A DNA stretch of 64,000 bases. Source: an uncultured Pelagibacteraceae bacterium (lineage in GTDB: Bacteria > Pseudomonadota > Alphaproteobacteria > Pelagibacterales > Pelagibacteraceae). Positions within the stretch are counted from its first letter, which is position 1, and each line of letters starts with the position of its first letter. The stretch spans positions 25,762 to 89,761 of the forward strand of contig CACAZL010000002.1 of assembly GCA_902536925.1 (NCBI GenBank), read 5' to 3'. The translations under genes were made by a program, and so were the position numbers. The notes under the pieces were generated by a model, which saw only the letters and a list, made by a program, of their open reading frames with translations, was not told where the DNA came from and ran no database searches. This document shows, in pieces, positions 32,937 to 43,083 of this stretch.

Positions 32937-33872
32937 ATGAAAGTTTGTGTTTATCTTAGCTATATAGGTCTTGGAGCAAATTTGTTACATCTAAGTTATG
33001 TGCATCAGTTATCTGAAAAGTTTGGACCTATAACAGTTTTTACATTATGCAATAATTTGTCGGATGCATTAGAGGATGATCCTAAAATTAAAGAAGTCAT
33101 AGTAATAGATAAAAAATATAATAAATTTAAAAATATATTTAGTTTTTCATCGGAATTAAAAAAATACAATTTTGATAAAATATTTATTTATTATCCAAGT
33201 CCTAGAATATTCATCGCGTGTAAGTTAGCTGGAATAAAAGATATTTATCACTATCCTTTATTTAAAAAGAAAAATCTTCATTTAATCAACGCAGCACAAA
33301 AGTTTACTGCGAGTGTATTAAACATAGAGAAATGTCAAACATATACAAAAATTCACATAAATGAAAATAAACTTAAAAGTGTCTCAAATTATTTTGATAA
33401 ATCAAAATTTAACATTGTAATAGGAGCTGGATCTTCAGGTCCAACAACAAAATGGGGCACTGATAATTACTCAAATCTAATAAATGAGTTAAATAAACTA
33501 AATAAATTTAATTTTTTTATTTTGTGCGGTCCTAATGAAAAATTAATTGCTCAAGAAATAATGGATAAGGTTGAAGGAGATAATATTACAGATCTTAGTA
33601 ACAAGAATATCTCAGAAGTAATACCTTTTATAGCTTCTGCAGATATGTATGTGGGGAATGATTCATTTGGTTCCCATATTTCATCACAATCTGGCAAACC
33701 AAGCCTTGTAATTTTATTGGACTCTCCAAAAGCATATACGGATTATACTCCTAATCATATTAGAATTATTCCTGATGGATATAATGTTAATAATATTACA
33801 CATGGAAGTGAAATTGATCCAAATTTAATTAAGGTCGAACAAGTGTACAAATCAATACTAAGTTATACTTAA
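32937..33872 (+). CDS. Glycosyltransferase family 9 (heptosyltransferase-like)
   Basis: GAGSS...KW, GPNE, YVGNDS..SHI. Confidence 0.8.
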   Translation: MKVCVYLSYIGLGANLLHLSYVHQLSEKFGPITVFTLCNNLSDALEDDPKIKEVIVIDKKYNKFKNIFSFSSELKKYNFDKIFIYYPSPRIFIACKLAGIKDIYHYPLFKKKNLHLINAAQKFTASVLNIEKCQTYTKIHINENKLKSVSNYFDKSKFNIVIGAGSSGPTTKWGTDNYSNLINELNKLNKFNFFILCGPNEKLIAQEIMDKVEGDNITDLSNKNISEVIPFIASADMYVGNDSFGSHISSQSGKPSLVILLDSPKAYTDYTPNHIRIIPDGYNVNNITHGSEIDPNLIKVEQVYKSILSYT

Positions 33873-34378
33873 ACAATCGATTTTAAGACTGTGTCTTTGG
33901 CTTGGTTCACTAAAGTAGCAATATTATTTAATTCTGGACTTCTGTCTGGATGAATTTTTTTCATAATTTTTTTATAAGAATTCATCACTTCATCTTTTGT
34001 ATATTTTTTTTTGGGATCTAAATTTAAAATTCTATATGCTTCATCTAAACTCATATTCTGAGATGACATATTTTGATTAAATTGATTAAAATTAAATCTG
34101 CCAGAATTTTTTAAAACTCTAAAAAGTCCCCATAATCTAAATAGCTGAAATAAAGAAATGCCTGCTTTCGTTTTAATTAAAGGCAAAATAGCCAACATAA
34201 ATGGTAAGGAAAATATATATCTTCCTGCATATGCCATTATTACCGCTAACAATATTGAAGAAATTATAATAAATGTTCTTACAAATTTTGATATTTTTTT
34301 TGTTGAGGTTTTGGCAAACCAATTGAGTAAAATATAAAGAATTATAAAGATTATTAGTATTGCAAAAAAAATATTCAT
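33869..34378 (-). CDS. Membrane-anchored DnaJ-domain protein
   Basis: N-terminal TM helices; MSLDEAYRILNL...HPDR...VNQAKD J domain. Confidence 0.85.
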   Translation of the reverse strand: MNIFFAILIIFIILYILLNWFAKTSTKKISKFVRTFIIISSILLAVIMAYAGRYIFSLPFMLAILPLIKTKAGISLFQLFRLWGLFRVLKNSGRFNFNQFNQNMSSQNMSLDEAYRILNLDPKKKYTKDEVMNSYKKIMKKIHPDRSPELNNIATLVNQAKDTVLKSIV

Positions 34379-34395
34379 AAATTAATAAAATTTAA

Positions 34396-36477
34396 ATGAA
34401 AATACCACAGCTTAAAAAAAAACCAGAATTAAAATCTTGTCACAACGTAACTTGGGAAGACGATTATAGTTGGATACATCAGGAAAATATACTTGAAGTA
34501 TTGAAAGATAGTTCAAAATTATTGCCAGAGGTGAGAAAATATCTTGAAGATGAAAATGATTATTTTAGTCATCAAATGTCAGATACAAAAGAAATTCAAA
34601 AAGTTTTATTCGATGAGATTAAAGGAAGAATTAAACTTGATGATGAGTCTCTTCCGTTTAAAGATGTAAGATATAGTTACTGGACAAAAACAACAACAAA
34701 AGGAAATTATTCTATAAAGTTAAGAAAAAAAATTGATTCTGATGAAATAGAAGAAATTTGGAATGGTGATTTAGAAAAAGAAAAGCTTAAAACAGAATAT
34801 TTTGGGCTTGGAGACTTAGAAGTTAGCTATAATGATAAATTACTAGCTTATTCATTAGATTTAAAAGGATCTGAATATTACACCATACATATAAGAGATA
34901 TTAAAAGTCGAGAGCAAGTTGGTGAAAAAATTGAAAATACAAGTGGTGGAATAACATTTAGCTTAGATGACAAATATATTTTTTACTCTAAGCTTGATGA
35001 CAATCACAGACCAAGAGAAATTTACAGGCATGAAATTGGAGCTCCTACTAGTAAAGATATTCTTATATTTAAAGAAGAAAGTGAAGCATTTACTGTAGGA
35101 ATAGGTCTTAGCTCTGACGAAAAGTATTTTTTTATTACGTCATCTGATCATAATACGTCCGAACAGTATTATTTTAAAGCAGATGAAATAATTCCAAAAC
35201 CAAAACTAATTAATAAAAGAAAAAGAGGGATAATATATTCTGTTAATTCATGGAATGGTAATTTCTATATACATACAAATGAAAATGCAGAAGATTTTAA
35301 GATCGAAAAGACAAATGACTTAGAAAAAAAGGAGTGGGAAACATTTATACCTGCACGAGAAGAGGTTCTAATTGGAGGATTAATTTTTTTAAATGATTGG
35401 ATTATAAGATCCGAAACTTCTAATGCATTATCAAAATTAATATTAAGAAATCCAAAAAATGATGAAGAAGAAGAAATATTTTTTTCAGATGAAAAAGTTA
35501 TTGTTCCTGGTGTGTCGTTAACCCAAAGAGATAGGAGTACTGATACCGTTTATTTATCATATTCATCACCAAAAACTCCTGGAAGGACTTATCTATACAA
35601 TCTTAAAACAAAGGAGAAAAAATTAGTTAAAGAACAAGAGATTCCTAGTGGCCATAATTCTGATGACTACATAGTTGAAAGATTAGAGTGTGCCTCTCAT
35701 GACGGAAGAATGGTTCCTATAACTATAACAAGACATAAAAAAACTAAATTAGATGGATCTGCAAAATTATTATTATATGGGTATGGATCTTACGGTAGTT
35801 CTATGTCACCAGGTTTTTCTTCAACTAGAATAAGTTTAATAGAGCGAGATATTATATGGGTAACTTCTCATATTAGAGGCGGTATGGAAAAAGGAATGAA
35901 ATGGTGGAAAGAAGGAAAGTTATTAAACAAGAAAAATACTTTTGAAGATTACATTGCTTCTGCAAAATTTTTAATTGAAAAAAAGTTTACGTCTAAAGGT
36001 AATATTATTGGAATGGGTGGATCTGCTGGAGGTCTTTTAATGGGAGCCGTTGTTAACCAAGCACCTGAATTATTTTTGGGTATTGTTATGGCTGTTCCTT
36101 TCGTTGACTCGTTGACTACGAACTTAGACCATTCGTTACCATTAACAGTCGGCGAATTTGATGAATTTGGAAATGCTAAAGATAAAAAAGAACACTTTGA
36201 TTACATATTTTCATATGCACCTTATAACAATATTAAAAAGATGGATTACCCAAACATTTTGATAACAACAAGTCTAAGTGATAACAGGGTATTATTTGAT
36301 GAGCCAGCAAAATTTACTGCAAAATTAAGGGATTACAAAACGGATAACAATTTACTTTTATTAAAAACAGAAATGAATGCAGGTCATGGAGGAAAATCTG
36401 GAAGAGATGGAGCAATTGAGGAGATTGCAGTTGACTACGCGTTCGCTTTGAAAATAGCTGGAAAATTAAACACTTGA
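34396..36477 (+). CDS. ptrB: Oligopeptidase B (S9)
   Basis: YGYGSYG, HIRGG, GGSAGG nucleophile, DNRV, AGHGG. Confidence 0.93.
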   Translation: MKIPQLKKKPELKSCHNVTWEDDYSWIHQENILEVLKDSSKLLPEVRKYLEDENDYFSHQMSDTKEIQKVLFDEIKGRIKLDDESLPFKDVRYSYWTKTTTKGNYSIKLRKKIDSDEIEEIWNGDLEKEKLKTEYFGLGDLEVSYNDKLLAYSLDLKGSEYYTIHIRDIKSREQVGEKIENTSGGITFSLDDKYIFYSKLDDNHRPREIYRHEIGAPTSKDILIFKEESEAFTVGIGLSSDEKYFFITSSDHNTSEQYYFKADEIIPKPKLINKRKRGIIYSVNSWNGNFYIHTNENAEDFKIEKTNDLEKKEWETFIPAREEVLIGGLIFLNDWIIRSETSNALSKLILRNPKNDEEEEIFFSDEKVIVPGVSLTQRDRSTDTVYLSYSSPKTPGRTYLYNLKTKEKKLVKEQEIPSGHNSDDYIVERLECASHDGRMVPITITRHKKTKLDGSAKLLLYGYGSYGSSMSPGFSSTRISLIERDIIWVTSHIRGGMEKGMKWWKEGKLLNKKNTFEDYIASAKFLIEKKFTSKGNIIGMGGSAGGLLMGAVVNQAPELFLGIVMAVPFVDSLTTNLDHSLPLTVGEFDEFGNAKDKKEHFDYIFSYAPYNNIKKMDYPNILITTSLSDNRVLFDEPAKFTAKLRDYKTDNNLLLLKTEMNAGHGGKSGRDGAIEEIAVDYAFALKIAGKLNT

Positions 36478-36478
36478 T

Positions 36479-36508
36479 CTTGAAATATCAAAATTAATTA
36501 CCATATAT
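36479..36508 (+). promoter_or_regulatory. Putative RpoH promoter of ibpA
   Basis: CTTGAA-N16-CCATATAT. Confidence 0.75.
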
Positions 36509-36510
36509 AC

Positions 36511-36573
36511 ATTGTTAGTCGCCTAATGGGGCTAGCAATAAATAAACTTGCTTAATTAAAGGAGGATAATATG
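36511..36573 (+). promoter_or_regulatory. ROSE-like RNA thermometer in ibpA 5' UTR
   Basis: 5' hairpin ATTGTTAGTC/GGCTAGCAAT with two G-U pairs; 3' hairpin CUUGCUU pairing with SD AAGGAG leaving a bulged G (UYGCU ROSE signature). Confidence 0.75.
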
Positions 36574-37017
36574 ACAAGTAAGGATCTATCAATTTTCAAC
36601 TCACTTCGGCCTTTCTCTATTGGTTTTGACGATATGTTTGACCAATTCGAAAGCATGTTGGGCAATGGTGGTTTAAGTATGCAATCAAACTACCCGCCTT
36701 ACAACATAAGAAGAACTGGCAAAGATAACTACTCAATTGAAGTTGCTCTAGCTGGTTTTAGCAAAAAAGATGTTGAGGTAGAGTTTGAAGATAATCTATT
36801 AACTGTAAGAACTAAACAAGTTGATAGAAGTGAAAACAAAAACCAAGATGGAGAGATAATCCACAAAGGTATATCGCAAAGACAATTTGCGAGATCATTT
36901 ACAATTGCAGATGATGTAAAAGTGAATGGTGCAGAGTTAAAAGATGGTCTTTTAACAATCGCATGTGAAAGGATTATCCCAGAACATAAAAAAAAGAAAC
37001 TTATTGAAATTAAATAA
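36571..37017 (+). CDS. ibpA: Small heat shock protein Hsp20/IbpA
   Basis: IGFD, NYPPYNI, IEVALAGF, HKGIS.RQF.RSF, DGLL. Confidence 0.93.
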   Translation: MTSKDLSIFNSLRPFSIGFDDMFDQFESMLGNGGLSMQSNYPPYNIRRTGKDNYSIEVALAGFSKKDVEVEFEDNLLTVRTKQVDRSENKNQDGEIIHKGISQRQFARSFTIADDVKVNGAELKDGLLTIACERIIPEHKKKKLIEIK

Positions 37018-37025
37018 GTACCTTG

Positions 37026-37048
37026 CTTGTGGGGCTAGTCCCCACAAG
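37026..37048. terminator. GC-rich hairpin between convergent genes
   Basis: CTTGTGGGG-CTAGT-CCCCACAAG perfect 9-bp stem; no clear U tract. Confidence 0.6.
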
Positions 37049-37049
37049 A

Positions 37050-37382
37050 CTAAATACATCCACTAGAGCTAAATCCGATAATAACCCCTGATGCATTCAC
37101 CTCAAATTTTCTTTCACAAGGAATTCCATATTTTTTTGTTTTGTAGATAAGCATTTCATTTCCAAGTTCATTGACAAAATCTTCTGAGGGTGAGCCTAAT
37201 TCTAATCTCATCTCATTAACTTCTTTTCCAACGAATTGACCAAATTTTTCATTCTCTTTTTCAGCCACCTCATCAGATTTATTTTTAATTGTTTGGCAAC
37301 CAGTTAAAAAAATTATTGTTAATGTGATAAACAGAGCAATAAATTTTTTTGATAAAGTATTATTTTTAAAAGCAACAATCAT
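37050..37382 (-). CDS. Hypothetical lipoprotein
   Basis: Lipobox LTGC; LG.P motif and C-terminal Cys pair. Confidence 0.7.
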   Translation of the reverse strand: MIVAFKNNTLSKKFIALFITLTIIFLTGCQTIKNKSDEVAEKENEKFGQFVGKEVNEMRLELGSPSEDFVNELGNEMLIYKTKKYGIPCERKFEVNASGVIIGFSSSGCI

Positions 37383-37520
37383 TAATACATACCTAAAGTT
37401 GAATTATGTTAACAATTTGTTCAAAACTTTCATTAAATTGTTTGAATTTAATACAAATTTGAAAAGATAGGAAATTTTAAAGATTATTGAGTTATTGATT
37501 TATTATATTAAAAAAATGCT

Positions 37521-39020
37521 ATGGCAACAGACTTAAGAATATCAAATATATCAAAAATATATCCAGGATGTATAGCTAATGATAATGTATCTCTTCAATT
37601 TAAAAGTGGAAAAATATACGCACTATTAGGAGAGAACGGAGCTGGCAAATCTACATTGGTAAAAATTTTGTCTGGTGTAGTAAGCCCAGATAATGGTGAG
37701 GTTTTTTTAAATGAAAAAAATTTAAAATTAAGTTCTCCACTCGATGCCAAGAAAAATAAAATTGGAATGGTTTTTCAGCATTTCAATTTATTTGAAACTT
37801 TATCAGTATTTGAAAACTTAAGTATAGATGCAACTGAAGATAACAAAAGTTTAAGGGTAAGAATAAATGAAATATTAAAAAAATATAACTTTAGTATTGA
37901 CCTTGACGTTCCTGTATTAAATTTATCAGCTGGACAGAAGCAAAAAGTTGAGATTATAAGATGTCTTTTAAGAAGCCCTAAAGTTCTAATAATGGACGAA
38001 CCTACATCTGTTTTGACTGAGCAGGAAACAGAGGAATTATTTATATCTTTAAAAAAATTCTGTGATGAAGGAATATTAATTATTTACATAACTCATAAGT
38101 TAAAAGAAGTTTTGTCTTTATGTGATGAGGTTGCTGTAATGCGAAAAGGTAAAGTTGTATCGGTTAGCCAAACACAAAATGAAAGAGTTGAAACTCTCGC
38201 AAATAAGATGGTTGGTCAAAAACTAGCGAAAATTAAGAAAAAAATTAATATTTCCAAAAATAAAGATGAGATATTTAAAGTAAAACATTTAAATTTTTAT
38301 AGCGATGATCCTTTTGAAACAAATTTGGTAAATCTAAATTTTTCTGTAAAGAAAGGAGAATGTTTAGGTATAGCGGGTATTTCTGGCAATGGTCAAAACG
38401 AACTCTTTCAAATTTTGAGTGGGGAAATAATTACACCAAATACATCAATCATTTTTCGAAATAAGGAAATTGCTAAATTAAATCCAAAGCAAAGACGAGA
38501 GTATTTAATGGCTTTTTCTCCTGAAGATAGAATATCTCAAGCGGCTGTACCTGAATTAAAAATATATGAAAATGTAGCTTTAAATAATTTTAAGTCGTCA
38601 AATTTTTTTGAAAAAGGTTTGGTAAATGAAAAAAAAATTAAAGAACATTCAAAGAAAATATTATCTGATTTCTCAGTAAATACAGACAATGTTGAATTAA
38701 AAAGTCAATTTCTATCGGGTGGAAATTTACAAAAACTTATTTTAGGGAGAGAGTTAATTACAGCTCCGGAATTATTAATTTGTTACAATCCAACATGGGG
38801 GCTCGATGTGGGTGCAATCAATTATATTCATGAAACACTTATAAAAATTAACGATCAAGAAAAATCAACGATTTTAATTTCTACAGATACGGAGGAGTTA
38901 TTAAAACTCAGTGATAGAATTGCAGTTATTTACAAAGGCAAGCTTTCAAAAATAATGCCTTCAGAGGAAGTAACTCCAGAAAAATTAGGAGTTTTAATGG
39001 GAGGAGGTTCAGTTGATTAA
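37521..39020 (+). CDS. ABC transporter ATPase (CUT2 nucleoside/purine type, two NBDs)
   Basis: GENGAGKS, GMVFQHF, DEPTSVLT, LSGGNLQK, PTWGLDVGA. Confidence 0.92.
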   Translation: MATDLRISNISKIYPGCIANDNVSLQFKSGKIYALLGENGAGKSTLVKILSGVVSPDNGEVFLNEKNLKLSSPLDAKKNKIGMVFQHFNLFETLSVFENLSIDATEDNKSLRVRINEILKKYNFSIDLDVPVLNLSAGQKQKVEIIRCLLRSPKVLIMDEPTSVLTEQETEELFISLKKFCDEGILIIYITHKLKEVLSLCDEVAVMRKGKVVSVSQTQNERVETLANKMVGQKLAKIKKKINISKNKDEIFKVKHLNFYSDDPFETNLVNLNFSVKKGECLGIAGISGNGQNELFQILSGEIITPNTSIIFRNKEIAKLNPKQRREYLMAFSPEDRISQAAVPELKIYENVALNNFKSSNFFEKGLVNEKKIKEHSKKILSDFSVNTDNVELKSQFLSGGNLQKLILGRELITAPELLICYNPTWGLDVGAINYIHETLIKINDQEKSTILISTDTEELLKLSDRIAVIYKGKLSKIMPSEEVTPEKLGVLMGGGSVD

Positions 39021-40092
39021 AATTGAAAAAAGAAATGATGTACCAATGGCATTATATTTTTTTACTCCTTTTATTGCAATCATACTTACAATTTTAGGTG
39101 GTGGTATAATTTTTTATATTTTAGGTTTTAATCCAATAGAAGCACTTAAGTTTTACTTTATAACTCCAATTTCAAATTTATATGGATTAAGTGAATTGCT
39201 ACTGAAAGCAACCCCTCTTTGCTTAATTGCTATTGGTTTATCATTTTGTTTTAAAAGTAATAATTGGAATATTGGTGCAGAAGGACAATTAACTTTTGGC
39301 GCGATTGTAGGAGGAGGAGTTGCTCTTTTATTTTATAATCAAGAAGGTTTTTATATACTGCCTTTAGTTATAATTGCTGGAGCAATCGGGGGAATGATCT
39401 TTGCACTTATCCCAGCAATCCTTAAAACATATTTTAATACAAACGAGATTTTAGTTAGTCTTATGTTGGTTTATGTATCAAAGCTACTCTTAGATTACTT
39501 AGTAGTTGGGCCATGGAGTAATCCTGAAGGTTTTAATTTTCCTGAAACAAGACAATTTAGTGACTCATCTAGAATGCCATTATTATTTGAGGGTTTGAGA
39601 ATTCATGCTGGTATTTTTTTAGCTCTTGCAGCAGTTATGCTGAGTTGGTTTGTTCTTTATAAAACCTATTTAGGCTTTCAGATTAAAGTATCTGGTCTAA
39701 GTTTAAAAACTGCTAAGTATGCTGGGTTTAAAGGAAAAACCATGATTTTGGTTGTTTTTATGATTAGTGGTGCTTGCGCGGGATTAGCTGGAGTTGGTGA
39801 AATTACTGGACCTATTGGACAACTGCATAGAATGATATCCCCCGATTACGGTTTTACAGCAATTATTGTTGCTTTTTTAGGTCGTCTTAATCCTTTTGGC
39901 ATAATTTTTGCATCTTTGGTTGTTGCATTAACATACCTCGGTGCTGAAACGGCTCAAATTTTTTTACAAATACCAAAATATACTGGCCAAGTCTTTCAGG
40001 GTATGATCTTATTTTTTTTGCTCGCATCTGATTATTTGCTTTTTTTCAAAGTTAAAATTTTAAGTTTAAAAAAAAATGAGTTTAGACATTAG
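39013..40092 (+). CDS. ABC transporter permease (nucleoside/purine type)
   Basis: KATPL, WNIGAEGQ, NEILVSLML, GFTAIIVAFLGRLNP. Confidence 0.92.
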   Translation: MIKIEKRNDVPMALYFFTPFIAIILTILGGGIIFYILGFNPIEALKFYFITPISNLYGLSELLLKATPLCLIAIGLSFCFKSNNWNIGAEGQLTFGAIVGGGVALLFYNQEGFYILPLVIIAGAIGGMIFALIPAILKTYFNTNEILVSLMLVYVSKLLLDYLVVGPWSNPEGFNFPETRQFSDSSRMPLLFEGLRIHAGIFLALAAVMLSWFVLYKTYLGFQIKVSGLSLKTAKYAGFKGKTMILVVFMISGACAGLAGVGEITGPIGQLHRMISPDYGFTAIIVAFLGRLNPFGIIFASLVVALTYLGAETAQIFLQIPKYTGQVFQGMILFFLLASDYLLFFKVKILSLKKNEFRH

Positions 40093-41008
40093 TTTTATAG
40101 GAATTCTGATAGGATCAATAATGGCTTCATCAGTGCCATTAATACTTGCTGCTTCGGGTGAATTGATTACTGAAAGATCGGGCGTTTTAAATTTAGGTGT
40201 CGAAGGAATGATGATAATCGGAGCAATATCTGGTTTTGCTTTAATGGTAATAACAGACAACCTTTTTATAGCAGTCGTAGGCTCTATGTTATCAGGAGTT
40301 ATAATTTCAATAATCTTTGGATTTTTAACGCAATCTCTTCTTACAAACCACGTTGCAACAGGTTTGGCATTAACTATTTTTGGCATTGGTTTATCCGCAA
40401 TGTTAGGAAAAAATTTTGTTGGTATCCCTGGAAAAGAATTTCCAATTTTATTTTCAAGTTTAAGAGAAAGTATTCCGTTTTTTGGTCCAATACTATTTGG
40501 ACACTCTATAGTTTTATATTTTGCTTTTGCTTTACCATTTTTAACTAATTATTTTTTGAAAAAAACTAAATTAGGTTTAGTTGTTAGAGCTGTTGGTGAT
40601 TCGCCTGTTTCGGCATCTAATCAAGGTATAAATGTTATTCTAGTTAGATACTGTTGTATTCTTTATGGAGGAGCTATGTGTGGCTTAGCAGGTGCATATC
40701 TATCTTTAATATACACTCCACAGTGGATTGAAAATATGACAGCTGGAAGAGGATGGATAGCTTTGGCTTTGGTTGTATTTGCAACCTGGAGTCCTATAAA
40801 AGTTTTAATTGGTGCTTTAATTTTTGGCGGGATTACAATTCTACAATTACATATGCAAGCAATAGGGTTTAGAATACCAGTTCAATTTTTAAGTGCATTA
40901 CCCTATCTGATGACAATAATAGTTTTAGTTGTAATCTCTCGTGACAGTAGAAAAATAAAACTTAATACCCCAACTTCCTTAGGAAGAATATTCTATAAGG
41001 AAAAGTAA
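40076..41008 (+). CDS. ABC transporter permease (nucleoside/purine type)
   Basis: ERSGVLNLGVEGMM, AGRGWIALALVVF, LPYL.TI. Confidence 0.92.
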   Translation: MSLDISFIGILIGSIMASSVPLILAASGELITERSGVLNLGVEGMMIIGAISGFALMVITDNLFIAVVGSMLSGVIISIIFGFLTQSLLTNHVATGLALTIFGIGLSAMLGKNFVGIPGKEFPILFSSLRESIPFFGPILFGHSIVLYFAFALPFLTNYFLKKTKLGLVVRAVGDSPVSASNQGINVILVRYCCILYGGAMCGLAGAYLSLIYTPQWIENMTAGRGWIALALVVFATWSPIKVLIGALIFGGITILQLHMQAIGFRIPVQFLSALPYLMTIIVLVVISRDSRKIKLNTPTSLGRIFYKEK

Positions 41009-41097
41009 TGTTAGCTATTCGAAAATAATTATTTTTTTTTTTTTGAATTTTGATTAACTTAAAGCTTCACAAAAAAAATTTAAAGGGGAAATTCAAA

Positions 41098-42162
41098 ATG
41101 TATAAAAACTTTTTTAGATATTTAATTTCTGCAATTTTTCTACTTGGGTTTAGTGTAAACTCAAATGCGGATTTTAAAGTTGGTTTTGTCTATGTTGGCC
41201 CAACTGGTGACCATGGATGGACATTTCAACATCACGAAGGTAGAAACGCTGTAGAGGCAGCTGGAATAAAAACAACATTTGTTGAAAGTGTTCCAGAAGG
41301 TGCTGATGCAGAAAGAGTAATAAGACAACTGGCTCAATCTGGCCACGACTTAATTTTTACAACTAGTTTTGGATATATGGATCCAACTAACAAAGTTGCA
41401 AAAGATTTTCCAAACGTAAAATTTGAACATGCAACAGGTTATAAAAGAGAGCACTCAAATGTTTCTACTTATTCTGCAAGATTTTACGAAGGAAGAACTC
41501 TTTTAGGCCATATTGCTGGAAAAATGACTAAAACCAACACGATTGGCTATATTGCATCTTTTCCAATTCCTGAAGTAATAAGAGGAATTAACGCAATGAC
41601 TCTTGCTGCACAAAAGGTCAATCCAAATATTAAAACTAAAATTGTATGGGTGTTTACTTGGTACGATCCAGGTAAAGAAGCTGAAGCAGCGCAAGCTTTA
41701 ATTGATCAAGGTGCAGATGTAATTATGCAACATACAGATAGTACAGCACCAGTTCAAACTGCAGAGAAAGCAGGTGTATGGTCATTTGGTCAAGCAAGTG
41801 ACATGCAAAGATTTGCTCCTAAATCAATCTTGACTTCAATTATAGATGATTGGGCACCATATTATGTTGAAAGAGCAATTGCTGCAAGAGACGGTACATG
41901 GAAACAACAAGATACATGGCATGGATTAAATGAAGGTATGGTTGCTATGGGACCATATAATTCTGCAATGGGTGCTGACTTAGTTAAAGAAGTAGAGCAG
42001 CTTCAAAAAGATCTAGCATCTGGAAAAGTTCATTCGTTCACAGGTCCTATATATGACCAAAAAGGTAATATATTAGTTGCCGAAGGAAAAGTTGCTGATG
42101 ATGGAATGTTAGCTGGAATGAGTGTTTATGTAAAAGGTGTTGAAGGAGATATTCCAAAATAA
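41098..42162 (+). CDS. BMP/PnrA-family substrate-binding protein (purine/nucleoside)
   Basis: KVGFVYVGP.GDHGW, TTSFGY, FEHATG, PIPEVIRGINA, WYDP; start reassigned to ATG 41098 with AGGGG SD and Sec signal. Confidence 0.9.
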   Translation: MYKNFFRYLISAIFLLGFSVNSNADFKVGFVYVGPTGDHGWTFQHHEGRNAVEAAGIKTTFVESVPEGADAERVIRQLAQSGHDLIFTTSFGYMDPTNKVAKDFPNVKFEHATGYKREHSNVSTYSARFYEGRTLLGHIAGKMTKTNTIGYIASFPIPEVIRGINAMTLAAQKVNPNIKTKIVWVFTWYDPGKEAEAAQALIDQGADVIMQHTDSTAPVQTAEKAGVWSFGQASDMQRFAPKSILTSIIDDWAPYYVERAIAARDGTWKQQDTWHGLNEGMVAMGPYNSAMGADLVKEVEQLQKDLASGKVHSFTGPIYDQKGNILVAEGKVADDGMLAGMSVYVKGVEGDIPK

Positions 42163-42178
42163 TTTTTAAAAAAAAATT

Positions 42179-42212
42179 AAAAAGGCCAACTTATATAGTT
42201 GGCCTTTTTTTT
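42179..42212. terminator. Bidirectional intrinsic terminator
   Basis: AAAAAGGCCAACT-TATAT-AGTTGGCCTTTTT flanked by A and T runs between convergent genes. Confidence 0.88.
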
Positions 42213-42732
42213 ATGAATGTTTTTTCTTTAAACCATTAATATCTATTTCATCATAATATTCTGAAGGTTGAACTATCCAAGGATCTCCATCTAGTAAAAT
42301 TGGACAAAAATCTGGAGTAAAAGAAGAGGATTTTTTTTTCCAAAGACAAGCTGTTTTTATTTCTTGAATATGGTTTTTCACTGGAGCATAATTTTTTAAC
42401 CATTTAATACTTTCATTTAATGTAAGTCCAGTATCGGATAAATCATCAACTAACAAAACATTTTTAAAGTCTTCATTTTTAGCTATTGAGCTTATGTCTC
42501 TTGCAAAAATAAGTTCGCCCTGTTTATTTTCTACAGTTTCTCCAGAATAACTTTGAATAACAACATAAGCAGTGGGCAATTTAAATATTCTTGATAGCAT
42601 ATCAATTATAGGCGCTGCACCCCTCATTATTCCGACTAAAACAGATGGTTTGTAATTTTTTTCAATTGTAAGAGCTAACTTTTCAACTGCTAATTTATAA
42701 TCTTCATAATTGATTATTAATTTTTCTGCCAT
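42211..42732 (-). CDS. Purine phosphoribosyltransferase (xanthine/guanine PRT-like)
   Basis: GIMRG, LLVDDLSDTGLT PRPP motif, PD, WIVQP; ATG 42732 preferred; next to purine ABC genes. Confidence 0.75.
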   Translation of the reverse strand: MAEKLIINYEDYKLAVEKLALTIEKNYKPSVLVGIMRGAAPIIDMLSRIFKLPTAYVVIQSYSGETVENKQGELIFARDISSIAKNEDFKNVLLVDDLSDTGLTLNESIKWLKNYAPVKNHIQEIKTACLWKKKSSSFTPDFCPILLDGDPWIVQPSEYYDEIDINGLKKKHS

Positions 42733-42774
42733 AAAATTTGGTAACATAAAAAAAAAAAATTAAAAAGGAGAATT

Positions 42775-43065
42775 ATGAAAGGTTACTGGATTGCAACTTA
42801 CAGTGAAATTAAAGACCCTGAAAGAATGAAAAAATATGCAGATAAAGCAAAGGAAGCTGTATTAAAACATTCTGGAAAAATTTTAGCTCGAAGTGCTAAT
42901 AACATTGCACTTGAGGGTAGAGAAATGGTTAGAATAGCACTTGCAGAGTTCCCAGACGTGGAAACTGCTAAAAAATGCTACGATTCTGAAGAATATGTTG
43001 AGGCAAGAACATATCTTAAAGATAATGTAATTAGAGAACATATGATATTTGAAGGAATGGAATAA
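42775..43065 (+). CDS. DUF1330 family protein
   Basis: MKGYWI, LEG, EFPD...AKKCYDSEEY..AR; SD AGGAG. Confidence 0.88.
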   Translation: MKGYWIATYSEIKDPERMKKYADKAKEAVLKHSGKILARSANNIALEGREMVRIALAEFPDVETAKKCYDSEEYVEARTYLKDNVIREHMIFEGME

Positions 43066-43083
43066 CTTAGAAAAGGGGCAAAT

